DNA from: Pseudomonadota bacterium
GTDB taxonomy: Bacteria > Desulfobacterota > Binatia > Binatales > Binataceae
Direction of reading: 5' to 3'
DNA length: 64,000 nt
Assembly: GCA_021323945.1 (NCBI GenBank)
Contig: JAJPKA010000018.1
Span: 372,453 to 436,452, forward strand
Shown one piece after another: positions 29,469-38,484 of the stretch. The notes beneath the pieces are model-generated. The model searched no databases, was not told the origin of the DNA, and saw nothing but the letters and a program-made list of their open reading frames with translations. Both the position numbers and the translations under genes were made by a program. Numbering within the stretch: position 1 is the stretch's first letter; the number at the start of each line of letters is the position of its first letter.

Positions 29469-29828
29469 GTGATCCGATTGCTCGGTTGGATGATTTGTCT
29501 AAGTGCGTTTAGCTGCGCTATTGGGTTGTCGCCAGCAACTGCGAGTGGCCAGGAAGCCTCGCTGCTTTATAAGGTCTACTGTGCGCGATGCCACGGTTTT
29601 AGCGGCCGCGGGGACGGGCCCGATGCCGGAACACTCAAAAGCCAGCCCCGAAACTTTACCGACTGTAAGCTGATGCAGTCGATCTCGGACGACACGATGT
29701 TCAAGGCAATAAAGAACGGCGGTGCCGCGGTCAACCTGCCTAACGATATGCCGGCGTGGGCTGCCGGACTTAGTGACGATCAAATCAAGTCACTGATCGA
29801 ATATATTCGAGGTTTTTGCCCAAAGTGA
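29469..29828 (+). CDS. Monoheme cytochrome c
   Basis: Signal peptide, CARCHG..G.GDG and distal MPAW. Confidence 0.88.
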   Translation: MIRLLGWMICLSAFSCAIGLSPATASGQEASLLYKVYCARCHGFSGRGDGPDAGTLKSQPRNFTDCKLMQSISDDTMFKAIKNGGAAVNLPNDMPAWAAGLSDDQIKSLIEYIRGFCPK

Positions 29829-29878
29829 CTAGATGTGAAGCTTCGATGGTAGAGTGTTCTTTGCGGCGACGCGGGGAG

Positions 29879-30793
29879 ATGTTAACAAAGGGTTTCCCGC
29901 GCGGTAGGACTTTGCGGCCGCAGTCATTGTGCCTTTATGGGTTGCTGGTTATGAGCCTGCTGATCGGACCGCTTTTGTTAAGGAGCGCTGCCGCGGAGAG
30001 AGCATTCAGGCTCACAGCTGCTCGAACCCAGGTGTCGATTGGCTCAGGGCTTTCGTATCCTGCCTGGACCTACAACGGCACGGTGCCGGGGCCGTTGATA
30101 CGGGTCAATGAAGGTGACCGGGTGACGATTACTTTGACGAATCACACCAGCGACTCACATGGAATGTATTCCCACGCCGCGCAGCTCAATGACGAACGCT
30201 TTGCCGGACCGCCTGGCGCAAAGGAACTTACCTACAGTTTTGTCGCGCAGATTCCGGGCGTGTTCGATTATCACTGCATCGCCGAACCGGTTCTCGACCA
30301 TATTGCCGGCGGAATGTACGGAATGATGATCGTTAGGCCCAAGGGTGGATGGCCGAGCGGTGCCGCTCATGAGGTGAGCCTGGTGCAAGCTGAGCTATAT
30401 GGCCTGCCTGACAACCGCGGAGTACTTCGGCCGGATCACGCCAAGATGGTTGACGGCGAGCCGGATTTTGTCGTGTTTAATGGCCAGGTTGGTCGCTACA
30501 GCCTCGCCCATCCAATTGCGATCAAGGTCGGCGAGCTGGTGCGCGTGTTTTTCGTTAATGTGGGTCCCAATCTCTTTTCCGATTTTCACGTGGTCGGTGC
30601 AATCTTCAGCTCCGTCTACCGTAGCGGTAATCCGGCCGACGCCGTGCACGACGTTCAAACGTTCGAAGTTGGGCCCGGCGATGGGGCGGTGTTCGAGTTT
30701 CGGGTGCATCACCCTGGAATTTATATGTTCATGGATCACGCCATGGGACACGCGTACAAGGGAGCCATGGGCGTTTTTCGTGCAAGTCAATGA
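29879..30793 (+). CDS. Two-domain cupredoxin, NirK-like copper nitrite reductase (catalytic Asp position is Tyr)
   Basis: NGTVPGP, HGMYSH, YHC......H....M, FHVVG and DH; all T1/T2 copper ligands are present. Confidence 0.8.
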   Translation: MLTKGFPRGRTLRPQSLCLYGLLVMSLLIGPLLLRSAAAERAFRLTAARTQVSIGSGLSYPAWTYNGTVPGPLIRVNEGDRVTITLTNHTSDSHGMYSHAAQLNDERFAGPPGAKELTYSFVAQIPGVFDYHCIAEPVLDHIAGGMYGMMIVRPKGGWPSGAAHEVSLVQAELYGLPDNRGVLRPDHAKMVDGEPDFVVFNGQVGRYSLAHPIAIKVGELVRVFFVNVGPNLFSDFHVVGAIFSSVYRSGNPADAVHDVQTFEVGPGDGAVFEFRVHHPGIYMFMDHAMGHAYKGAMGVFRASQ

Positions 30794-30974
30794 GACTGGC
30801 GAAGGATCGACCTTCGGACCATTTTCGTACTGAGCGACCGCGAGTCGGGCACCAATCAGGGTGTGTCGTCTGATCGAGCAGTCTGCGATGGTCTCCTCGG
30901 CCACTGACGAGATATCCGCGCTGGTGGGACAGTGCTATCTATTGCTGCTCGTTGATACTTAACGGAGCCGACGC

Positions 30975-31295
30975 CTATTTCTGCTCTGATAGGCGTTCCG
31001 AGGAAATAGCCGTGACCCTAAAGCCGTAGCGTTTCAGCGAGTTCACCGCCAGCTGGGCGGCGGACGCCGCCACTCGCACATACACAATCTGGCCGCAGGA
31101 GTGTGCGCGGCTGTAGGTCCCCATGTAGAGAAATGGGCAGACGGTCCGCACGAGGCTGATCGCTGCGCTTATCTCGCCCGAGCCAGTCACGTCGAGCTCG
31201 ATTCGGACCGCGTCCTCCTTGGGGTCTACTTGTATAGATGGATAGAGAGAACCGAATGTCATCGGGTCCAAGACCCTATCTGATGCCTCTGCCAT
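30975..31295 (-). CDS. Small hypothetical protein, possibly ACT-like fold
   Basis: RBS GAGGT, beta-alpha-beta pattern ending VRV....AVNSLKRYGFRV, and its own sigma54 promoter. Confidence 0.6.
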   Translation of the reverse strand: MAEASDRVLDPMTFGSLYPSIQVDPKEDAVRIELDVTGSGEISAAISLVRTVCPFLYMGTYSRAHSCGQIVYVRVAASAAQLAVNSLKRYGFRVTAISSERLSEQK

Positions 31296-31337
31296 TGGAA
31301 CCTCACTCGGCGTCGGCAGACTGTTAATAGATAGTCA

Positions 31338-31353
31338 AGCAACCGGCGAGCCA
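31338..31353 (-). promoter_or_regulatory. Sigma54 promoter
   Basis: Minus strand TGGCTCGCCGGTTGCT, 43 nt upstream of ATG 31295. Confidence 0.65.
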
Positions 31354-31404
31354 GGTCTCCGTGAGTCTGGTGTTTGATGTTCGCCTTATTTGGTCTGACT
31401 GCGC

Positions 31405-31445
31405 TGATGCAAAAGGGTGCAAGACCTCTGGCGCGAATCGCTACA
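31405..31445. promoter_or_regulatory. Tandem putative UAS sites between divergent sigma54 promoters
   Basis: TGATGC-AAAAG-GGTGCA (31405) and TGGCGC-GAATC-GCTACA (31429), 24-bp period. Confidence 0.5.
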
Positions 31446-31557
31446 TTCAGCACAGCCACTATATCGCTTAGCGGGCCGTCAGGTACAGCGCGTTGAGCGA
31501 CTGCGGATTTGCCTTAGCAAGCTCTCGGTTCATCGGCCAACCGAAAGAGGCGCCCGC

Positions 31558-31573
31558 TGGCATGTCCGATGCT
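31558..31573 (+). promoter_or_regulatory. Sigma54 promoter for the DUF2267 gene
   Basis: TGGCATGTCCGATGCT, 37 nt before ATG 31610. Confidence 0.6.
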
Positions 31574-31609
31574 CGATGACGTTTGTCGAAACACATAGGA
31601 GGAGTCGCG

Positions 31610-32023
31610 ATGAATGAGTTTCAGTTTGTTCGTGAAGTAGCGCAGCGCACTTACGGCGATGAACGACGTGCAGAAACCTTGATTTTTGCCGTATTTCAAG
31701 AATTGCGCGATCGACTGACCCCCGGTGAGGCGGCTAACGTTGCGGCCCAGCTTCCTTCGTCACTTAAAATGTTGTGGCTGTCTTTCGACCGGCCGGATCG
31801 CAAAATTCGCCATGTGCACGAAGGCGCTTTTTTGCTCGACGTGGCCCGGATGGCCGGGCTGGACGATATAGTCGAGGCCGAGGAAGCCGTTACCGCGGTA
31901 TTCGCCGTGCTTCAACGAGCCCTCAGCAGCCCGAATGGCATGACGGGCGTAGCTCGCCATATTTTCAGCCAGCTTCCCGAAGATCTCAAACAATTATGGC
32001 TTAGCGCCAGCGAAGTTCAGTGA
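31610..32023 (+). CDS. DUF2267 family protein
   Basis: AVFQELRDRLT.GEA..VAAQLP...SQLPEDLK.LW; RBS AGGAGG. Confidence 0.8.
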   Translation: MNEFQFVREVAQRTYGDERRAETLIFAVFQELRDRLTPGEAANVAAQLPSSLKMLWLSFDRPDRKIRHVHEGAFLLDVARMAGLDDIVEAEEAVTAVFAVLQRALSSPNGMTGVARHIFSQLPEDLKQLWLSASEVQ

Positions 32024-32638
32024 AAGGCCGGAATTTTCTTTGACCAGGTCAGCCCGATCGAAGAATTGTCCCAACCGAGCCCAAATGAAACTCTTGTGCC
32101 TGGTGGCAAGTAGCGCGGCTAAGCGCCCTGCCACCTGTGCCATCAGGTACCGCGCCCGTTGCATACCTTCAGGATCTCGCCGTATCCCCCAGCGATGGCC
32201 GCCATGCGTCTTCCCGGAGAGCTCACTCATTTTGGAGCCGCATCGACTCTCGCTACCGGCTTAGCTTTTCTAGCAAAAGGTATTGATGCCGGGTCATAAC
32301 GCACCAAGGCCGGCTACGCGTGCTCGTCATGGGTGGTTTGTTCTTTGGTCAACAAGAATTCGGGATACGGCCTGCGCTAGCAGCACGTGACTTGCCGCCG
32401 ATGCCGTGCTCAAGCTATGAAGCGGCTTCGTCGAACCGCTGAATCTGCAACCAATAATCCCAGGTGGAGTGACGACCATTCACCCCGCTTGGGCGAAGCG
32501 CTTCATAATGAAACGAATTTCTTAGCCGTTAAGTGTCGGTCGCAAGCTCGCCGAAGACCCGGTGCGGCCATCCTGCAGGTATCAGCAACCACGCGCTGAG
32601 TCCCCTACTTCGCAGCGTGCACCGTAAAGTCCGGACTC

Positions 32639-32667
32639 TTGACCTCCTACGACGCTCGTCGTAGGGT
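32639..32667 (+). promoter_or_regulatory. Sigma70-type promoter overlapped by a BlaI-type operator
   Basis: TTGACC-N17-TAGGGT with the palindrome CCTACGAC-GCTC-GTCGTAGG (32646-32665) across the spacer. Confidence 0.75.
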
Positions 32668-32674
32668 TTTCTCA

Positions 32675-33073
32675 ATGAAGGATAGGTTCAGGCTGCCCGG
32701 TGGCGATCTGGAATATGCGGTACTGGCAAAGCTCTGGGAGTTGGGCAGCGCCTCGACGCGCGACATTCACCGGCAAGTGGGCGAACCTCAAGGGCTCGTC
32801 TATACGACCATCGCAAAGGTTTTGGATCGCCTGCACGCCAAGCGCCTCGTGGACCGTGAGCGCCAGGGCGTGAGCTTTGTCTACCGGCCGCGCGTGGATC
32901 GCGATGTGGTAGAGAGAGCCCGCGCCCGAACGTTTTTGAGCCGGCTTTTGGGCGCCACTCCTCGTTCCGCGGTAGCCACCCTCGTGGACGCGGTCGAGTC
33001 GCTGGATCCAAAGCTACTTGATGATCTCGCGCGGATTGTAGCTGCGCGCAGGAGGTCAAGGCATGGAACGTGA
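32675..33073 (+). CDS. BlaI/MecI/CopY family repressor
   Basis: GDLEYAVL..LW, YTTI..VLDRLH.K.LV.R and FVYRP. Confidence 0.9.
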   Translation: MKDRFRLPGGDLEYAVLAKLWELGSASTRDIHRQVGEPQGLVYTTIAKVLDRLHAKRLVDRERQGVSFVYRPRVDRDVVERARARTFLSRLLGATPRSAVATLVDAVESLDPKLLDDLARIVAARRRSRHGT

Positions 33074-33917
33074 GAGCTGTCTGGCCATGTTAGTGGTTCT
33101 GATTGGCGAGGTAGTGCTGCTAGGGTGCGGCTGGTGGCTGCCCTCTCTGGTGCGAAACGGTAATGCTCGGCAGTTTGAAGAAGCTGCGTGGCGACAGTTG
33201 TGGTTGCCCGTTGTGCCCGGATTCGCCGTTACAGCATGGCTCTGCGGATGGGCGCTGACGCAGCCTGACCCCGTCCCAACGAGGGCGCCAATTTCGTTGA
33301 TCTTGACCGCATCGACCTTTGCGCTGGTTTTCATCAGAGCTGCTGTGCGAGCAGCCTGGTCGCTGGTCGTGGAACAGGGAGAGCCGGGCTCAGCGACTGT
33401 CGGTTTACTGCGGCCGTGGGTTTTGATTTCCCCCCGCCTGGTGCGAAAGCTTGATGATCGCGAGCTCGAAGCTGTGCTGCAACATGAACGGGCGCACGCG
33501 CGCCATCGAGACCCGTTGCGCATCTGGCTGGCGCAGTTCGTGACGGACTTGTTGTGGCCGTGGCCGCAAGCCGAGGAGAGGTTGCGGCGATGGCTTGTTG
33601 CGCTAGAGTTTGCGCGCGATGAGGAAGCGCGTCTAGCAGGTGTTCAAGGCTCGGATTTAGCGTCCGCTGTTGTGACCTGTGCCCAGTTGCGCGCAGCAGC
33701 CCCTGTCATGCCCATCGCTAGGTTAGCCAGCGACGAATCAGTCGTAAGGCAGCGCGTCGATTGGCTGCTCGGTCCCTTTTCTTATTCGCAAGCGCAAGAA
33801 TATAGGAACCCTCGCTTCGTTTCTCGACTATTGGGGTTTGTTCTCGTGTGTGGGCTGGTTGCGGGTATGACAACCGGCGCAACGGTGATTCACGCAATAC
33901 TTCGATTTGCCCCATAA
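33063..33917 (+). CDS. M56 family (BlaR1-like) membrane metallopeptidase without sensor domain
   Basis: TM helices, GLLRP, HERAH and E...DE.A. Confidence 0.85.
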   Translation: MERESCLAMLVVLIGEVVLLGCGWWLPSLVRNGNARQFEEAAWRQLWLPVVPGFAVTAWLCGWALTQPDPVPTRAPISLILTASTFALVFIRAAVRAAWSLVVEQGEPGSATVGLLRPWVLISPRLVRKLDDRELEAVLQHERAHARHRDPLRIWLAQFVTDLLWPWPQAEERLRRWLVALEFARDEEARLAGVQGSDLASAVVTCAQLRAAAPVMPIARLASDESVVRQRVDWLLGPFSYSQAQEYRNPRFVSRLLGFVLVCGLVAGMTTGATVIHAILRFAP

Positions 33918-33952
33918 GCGCCGTTAGGGCCGAACCGTACAGCCATCGAAGC

Positions 33953-34657
33953 ATGGAGGCGCCAACCGATCAGATAGCCGTCCACTGCCGCGGAGTGACG
34001 AAGACCTACGGGTTCGGCGATGCTCGGGTGACTGCGTTGCGAGGTGTCGACCTCGATGTTCGTTGCGGCGAATTGCTTATGCTGGCGGGGCCTTCGGGAT
34101 GCGGCAAGACAACCTTGCTCGCCCTCATTGCAGCGATACTCGATCGCGACGGCGGCGAATGCACGGTGCTCGGCCTCGATCTTCAGAAGATGGAGAAGAC
34201 CGAGCGGGCACGCTTCCGGGCTCGCTCGATTGGCTTCGTATTTCAAACATTCAATCTCCTGCCCGCGCTCAGTGCGACCGAGAACGTCGCCGCGCCGCTG
34301 TTAATCAACGGGTTCTCACGTTCGCAGGCGGTTTGTCGGGCGAGGGAGATCCTCGACGCAGTGGGTTTGAAGACGCGCAAAGATGCCCTTCCCAGCAATC
34401 TCAGCGGGGGCCAGCAACAACGGGTCGCGATTGCGCGCGCGTTGGTTCACAGTCCGCGGGTGGTCATCTGCGACGAGCCGACCAGTCAACTCGATCGCGA
34501 AACTGGGCAAGCCGTGATGGAAGTGCTGCGAACTTTTGCGCGGAGCGTGGACCGCGCTGTGATCGTTGTTACTCATGACAACCGCATTTTCGAGTTCGCA
34601 GATCGCCTGGCTCGAATGGACGATGGCAGGATAGTTGAGGTGCTCAGGGGCGGATAG
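33953..34657 (+). CDS. ABC transporter ATP-binding protein (MacB/LolD/DevA type)
   Basis: GPSGCGKT, LSGGQQQRVAIARA, DEPT and VTHD. Confidence 0.93.
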   Translation: MEAPTDQIAVHCRGVTKTYGFGDARVTALRGVDLDVRCGELLMLAGPSGCGKTTLLALIAAILDRDGGECTVLGLDLQKMEKTERARFRARSIGFVFQTFNLLPALSATENVAAPLLINGFSRSQAVCRAREILDAVGLKTRKDALPSNLSGGQQQRVAIARALVHSPRVVICDEPTSQLDRETGQAVMEVLRTFARSVDRAVIVVTHDNRIFEFADRLARMDDGRIVEVLRGG

Positions 34658-34664
34658 TCCGTGG

Positions 34665-35606
34665 ATGGCAATGATTCGGAAGTACATCCTCCCGGGCCTG
34701 GCGGTCATCGGTCTGATTGTTGGCATTGGGACCGTGTTACGCGGCCATCGACCACCGGCAGTGGAACCCCCTGTGTCGGCGCCAGCACAAGCACCGTACA
34801 CGTCCTATGTTGCAGGTGCCGGCATTGTCGAGGCGGCGACAGAGAATATCGCAGTTGGCACCCCGGTATCAGGAATAGTGACTGCGATCTACGTCAAGTG
34901 GGGCGATCACGTGAATGTGGGAGACCCGCTGTTCAAGATTGACGATCGCGATCTTCAGGCAGATCTCCTGCCCGCAGTCGCAAAAGTTAAAGAGGCGGAA
35001 GCGGCGCTGAGTATGGCAAGGAATCAGCTCAGGTTGGTAGAGAGGGTGCCGGATAAACGCGCGATTAGTGTCGCAGAGCTGACCGACCACAGTTCCAAGG
35101 TAGCGGTCGCTGAAGCCGCGGTTGAGCTCGCGAAGGCTCGAGTCAAGCAAATCAGAATGGAGATTCAGCGGCGAACCATTCGGGCGCTGGTCTCCGGACG
35201 AATTTTGCAAATCAAGCTGCGATTGGGGGAGTTCGCGCAGGCGGGAGTTCTGGCCACGCCGCTGATAGTTTTGGGCCAGGATTCGCCGTGGCTCCACGTC
35301 CGCGTCGATATCGATCAGAATGACGCGTGGAGGTTCCGGCCGGGTGCGCCGGCAATGGGCTTCGTGCGGGGCAACGCGCGGCTTAGGACCCCACTCCAAT
35401 TCGTGCGTGTCGAGCCATATGTCATCCCGAAGATATCGTTCACCGGCCAAAGTTCCGAACGCGTCGATACTCGTGTGTTGCAGGTTATCTATAGCTTCGA
35501 TTCATCGGCGTTGCCGGTCTACGTAGGTCAGCAGCTCGACGTCTTTGTCCAGGCTCCTCCGCCGAGTTGGGCTTCGAGGCAACAGCTCACCGACCCGCTC
35601 AAATGA
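34665..35606 (+). CDS. Efflux periplasmic adaptor (HlyD/MFP)
   Basis: N-terminal TM, lipoyl-like halves, coiled coil and ERVDTRVLQVIY. Confidence 0.88.
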   Translation: MAMIRKYILPGLAVIGLIVGIGTVLRGHRPPAVEPPVSAPAQAPYTSYVAGAGIVEAATENIAVGTPVSGIVTAIYVKWGDHVNVGDPLFKIDDRDLQADLLPAVAKVKEAEAALSMARNQLRLVERVPDKRAISVAELTDHSSKVAVAEAAVELAKARVKQIRMEIQRRTIRALVSGRILQIKLRLGEFAQAGVLATPLIVLGQDSPWLHVRVDIDQNDAWRFRPGAPAMGFVRGNARLRTPLQFVRVEPYVIPKISFTGQSSERVDTRVLQVIYSFDSSALPVYVGQQLDVFVQAPPPSWASRQQLTDPLK

Positions 35607-37045
35607 ACTTGTCGCATTCTCGGCTGATGGCGGCACTGCTGGCCGCTGTCGTTGGCGGTTGCGTAGTGGGGCCTGCCTATCACCCGCCAGTTGAAAATTT
35701 GCCCGCGCACTGGAGCGAAATGACGCCCGCGACCTCGCCATCCACGAGGGCGGTTAGCAGGACCTGGTGGCAGGAGTTCAAAGATCCGGAACTGAATTCG
35801 CTCCTGCAGCGGGCCGCGCGCAACAACCTCGGAATCAAGCAGGCTGAAGCGCGGATCCGCGAGGCTCGCGCGAAGTATAGATTCGCTTCTGCCGCGCTGT
35901 GGCCGTCGGCAGACGCTAGTGCTTCCTACACGCGTCTTTTGCAGGACGAGGACATTTTCGGACCGCTATCAGCCGGGCCGTTTCCGGTTGTGCTTGGTCA
36001 GCAACCCGAGAACCTTTTTGAAGCTGGCTTCGATGCGCAGTGGGAGATCGACCTGTTCGGCCACGCCCGACGGACGGTGGAAGCGGCACAGGCGGATGTG
36101 GCGGGCTCTTACTATCGTCGCGCCGAGGCAACATTGACGATTATCGCCGAGGTGGCGCGCAATTACATCGAACTCCGCGGTTTCCAGCAACAACTGGCAA
36201 TTGCGCGCCGTAACCTGGCCGTCCAGAAGGACATCCTGGCCCTGACGAGAGCGCGCTACACGGGCGGCTTGGTCTCCGAACTCGACGTGCAGCGGGCGCA
36301 GGCGCTGGTAGAGTCGACCGCGGCGAGCATTCCTGCGCTGGAAGTCTCGTATCAAAATGCGGCCCATCGTTTGAGCGTGCTGCTGGGGGAGTTTCCAGGA
36401 GCGCTCGACAGTGAACTGCGGTACCCGCAGCCGATTCCTGTCGCTCCTTTCGATTTGCCGCCCGATCTGCCGTCGTCCTTGCTTCGACAACGTCCCGACA
36501 TCCGGCGCGCCGAGCGGAAGGTGGCCGCAGCGACGGCACGAATTGGCGTGGCGACGTCGGACCTTTATCCGAGGTTTTCGCTGATCGGATTCGCGGGGCT
36601 GGAGAGCTTGGCGGCCAGTGAGTTTTTTGATAGCGGCAGCAGGTTCTGGGGGATCGGCCCCTCGATCACCTGGCCCATCTTTCGGGGGCGACAGCTCGTG
36701 GCTGTCATAAAGGTGCGCCAGGCGCAGCAACAGCAGGCGGTTATCGCGTACCGCCAGACAATCCTTAAGGCGGTTGAAGAAGTGGAAAACGCGCTCGCCG
36801 CCTACACTCACGAGCGAGATCGGCGCATGGTCCTTGCGAATGCTGTGACCGCGAAGCGGCGGGCCGCGTCGTTGGCGCGTGCCCTTTACCTGAGCGGTCT
36901 GACAGATTTCTTGAGCGTGCTCGATGCACAACGGGATCTCCTGCAAAGTCAGCGCGACCTCGCGCGCAGCGACACCGCTCTGTCGTGTGCGGTCGTCGCC
37001 TTGCATAAGGCGCTGGGCGGCGGATGGCGGGATCCGTCGCAGTAG
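35603..37045 (+). CDS. NodT/TolC family outer-membrane efflux lipoprotein
   Basis: Lipobox VGGC, WW..F.D..L, WEIDLFG, RPDIR.AE and KALGGGW. Confidence 0.92.
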   Translation: MNLSHSRLMAALLAAVVGGCVVGPAYHPPVENLPAHWSEMTPATSPSTRAVSRTWWQEFKDPELNSLLQRAARNNLGIKQAEARIREARAKYRFASAALWPSADASASYTRLLQDEDIFGPLSAGPFPVVLGQQPENLFEAGFDAQWEIDLFGHARRTVEAAQADVAGSYYRRAEATLTIIAEVARNYIELRGFQQQLAIARRNLAVQKDILALTRARYTGGLVSELDVQRAQALVESTAASIPALEVSYQNAAHRLSVLLGEFPGALDSELRYPQPIPVAPFDLPPDLPSSLLRQRPDIRRAERKVAAATARIGVATSDLYPRFSLIGFAGLESLAASEFFDSGSRFWGIGPSITWPIFRGRQLVAVIKVRQAQQQQAVIAYRQTILKAVEEVENALAAYTHERDRRMVLANAVTAKRRAASLARALYLSGLTDFLSVLDAQRDLLQSQRDLARSDTALSCAVVALHKALGGGWRDPSQ

Positions 37046-37099
37046 TCTGGCCCGCGGACAAAGCTCGCTCGGCCAGGGTTGAAGCCAGGGAATTTGAAA

Positions 37100-38296
37100 A
37101 TGTTCGGTATTGCGCTGAAGATGCTCATCGGGGATCGCGCTAAGTATAGTGGACTGGTCTTCGGGGTCGCTTTCACCTCGTTTTTGGTCACCTTCGCGAT
37201 GTCCTTCTTCTCGGGCTTCCTGACCCGAGGGTTTGCGCTGATCGCGGAAAATCCCACGGTCGATGTCTGGGTGATGGACCCGAGTGTCCGCTCGGTCGAA
37301 CTCACTACAAATCTGCCGGCATCGGCACTTAGCGAGGTGCGTAGTGTGGTCGGCGTGCGGTCAGCAGTGCCGCTGGCTCTTGGTATGGCCGAGGCGCGCT
37401 TTGCCAATGGTTGCTTCCAACAAGTTCAGGTGATCGGCGTTGATGATTCGACTCTTGGCGGCCTGCCACCGATAGCCGATGCCACTAGTGCAATTGTGCT
37501 ACGTGCGTCCGACGCCGTGATTGTCGATTCGGGTGGAACGTCTGGGAAACTTGAGACCCCGCGACGACAGAACGATCAGTGGGCGTACGGCGCACCGCGC
37601 CTGGATGCCCCGACTCGCCCGCTGTCAAGGGGCGATGAGCTACTGGTCAACGACCACCGGGTGTGGGTCGCGGGGCGCGCGCACGGGTTATCGCGCTTTC
37701 CGCCAAGGCCGCTGTTGTACACCACGTTCTCGAACGCCGATCGTATTCTGCTGCCTGAGCGTCGGCGCCTTACCTTCGTCCTCGCCACTGCCATGCCAGG
37801 CGTGTCTTCCCGAGAGCTCGCACGACGCATCGAGCGTCAAACTGGCCTGCGCGCGCGCACCTCAGCCGAATTCAAGGCTGATACCGTGCGTTGGTACCTG
37901 GCCAATTCCGAAGATGTCGAGGATGTAGGCTGGATGCTGGCGCTTGCGGGAGTAGTCGGGCTCGGAATCACCGGAGTGATGCTTTATATGTTCACGACCG
38001 AGAACCTCTGGCAGTACGCTGTGCTGAGCGCGATGGGTGTGACCCCGCGAATGCTGATGATGACTATCTTTGTTCAGGCAGGACTCTGCGCATTGCTTGG
38101 AACCGGACTTGGAATCGGATCATGTGCAGTCGCTGGCAGCCTTGCCGCAGATATTGCGCACTATCCCTTTCGGATGATGTGGTTCACGCCACTGGCCGGA
38201 GGCGCTGCCGTGCTGCTGGTGAGCCTGGTTGCCGCCTTACTAAGTAGCCGGCCAGTACTAAAGCTGCAGCCAATGCTAGTATTTGAGAGGCGCTAG
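37100..38296 (+). CDS. ABC transporter permease (FtsX/DevC-like)
   Basis: ALKML.GDRAKY.GL and 1+3 TM topology. Confidence 0.88.
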   Translation: MFGIALKMLIGDRAKYSGLVFGVAFTSFLVTFAMSFFSGFLTRGFALIAENPTVDVWVMDPSVRSVELTTNLPASALSEVRSVVGVRSAVPLALGMAEARFANGCFQQVQVIGVDDSTLGGLPPIADATSAIVLRASDAVIVDSGGTSGKLETPRRQNDQWAYGAPRLDAPTRPLSRGDELLVNDHRVWVAGRAHGLSRFPPRPLLYTTFSNADRILLPERRRLTFVLATAMPGVSSRELARRIERQTGLRARTSAEFKADTVRWYLANSEDVEDVGWMLALAGVVGLGITGVMLYMFTTENLWQYAVLSAMGVTPRMLMMTIFVQAGLCALLGTGLGIGSCAVAGSLAADIAHYPFRMMWFTPLAGGAAVLLVSLVAALLSSRPVLKLQPMLVFERR

Positions 38297-38484
38297 AAAG
38301 CAGGGCGAACGAATCATGGCCAGAGAAATTCAGCGAGAAACAGAGAAATATGGACGAACCAGGGTAAAATAGGGGATGAGTTCGACAGGTCGAGTAACTC
38401 GTTGGCCGCAATAAGGTCAGGCGCTAAGGCAGATGAGCCCGCCGCCCTAACCGCGAGGACTGAACAGCCGCGCGAGGGAAGTGT

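Noticed and set aside
32281-32352. FNR/CRP-type boxes (TTGATGCCGGGTCAT, TTGTTCTTTGGTCAA)
   Set aside because: Half-site spacing is one base too long for TTGA-N6-TCAA, and no clear target gene is adjacent.
35969-37006. Long antisense ORFs (e.g. 345 aa here; also 26611-27255, 46957-47580, 60417-61046)
   Set aside because: They are shadows of well-supported genes on the opposite strand in GC-rich DNA and have no recognisable motifs.
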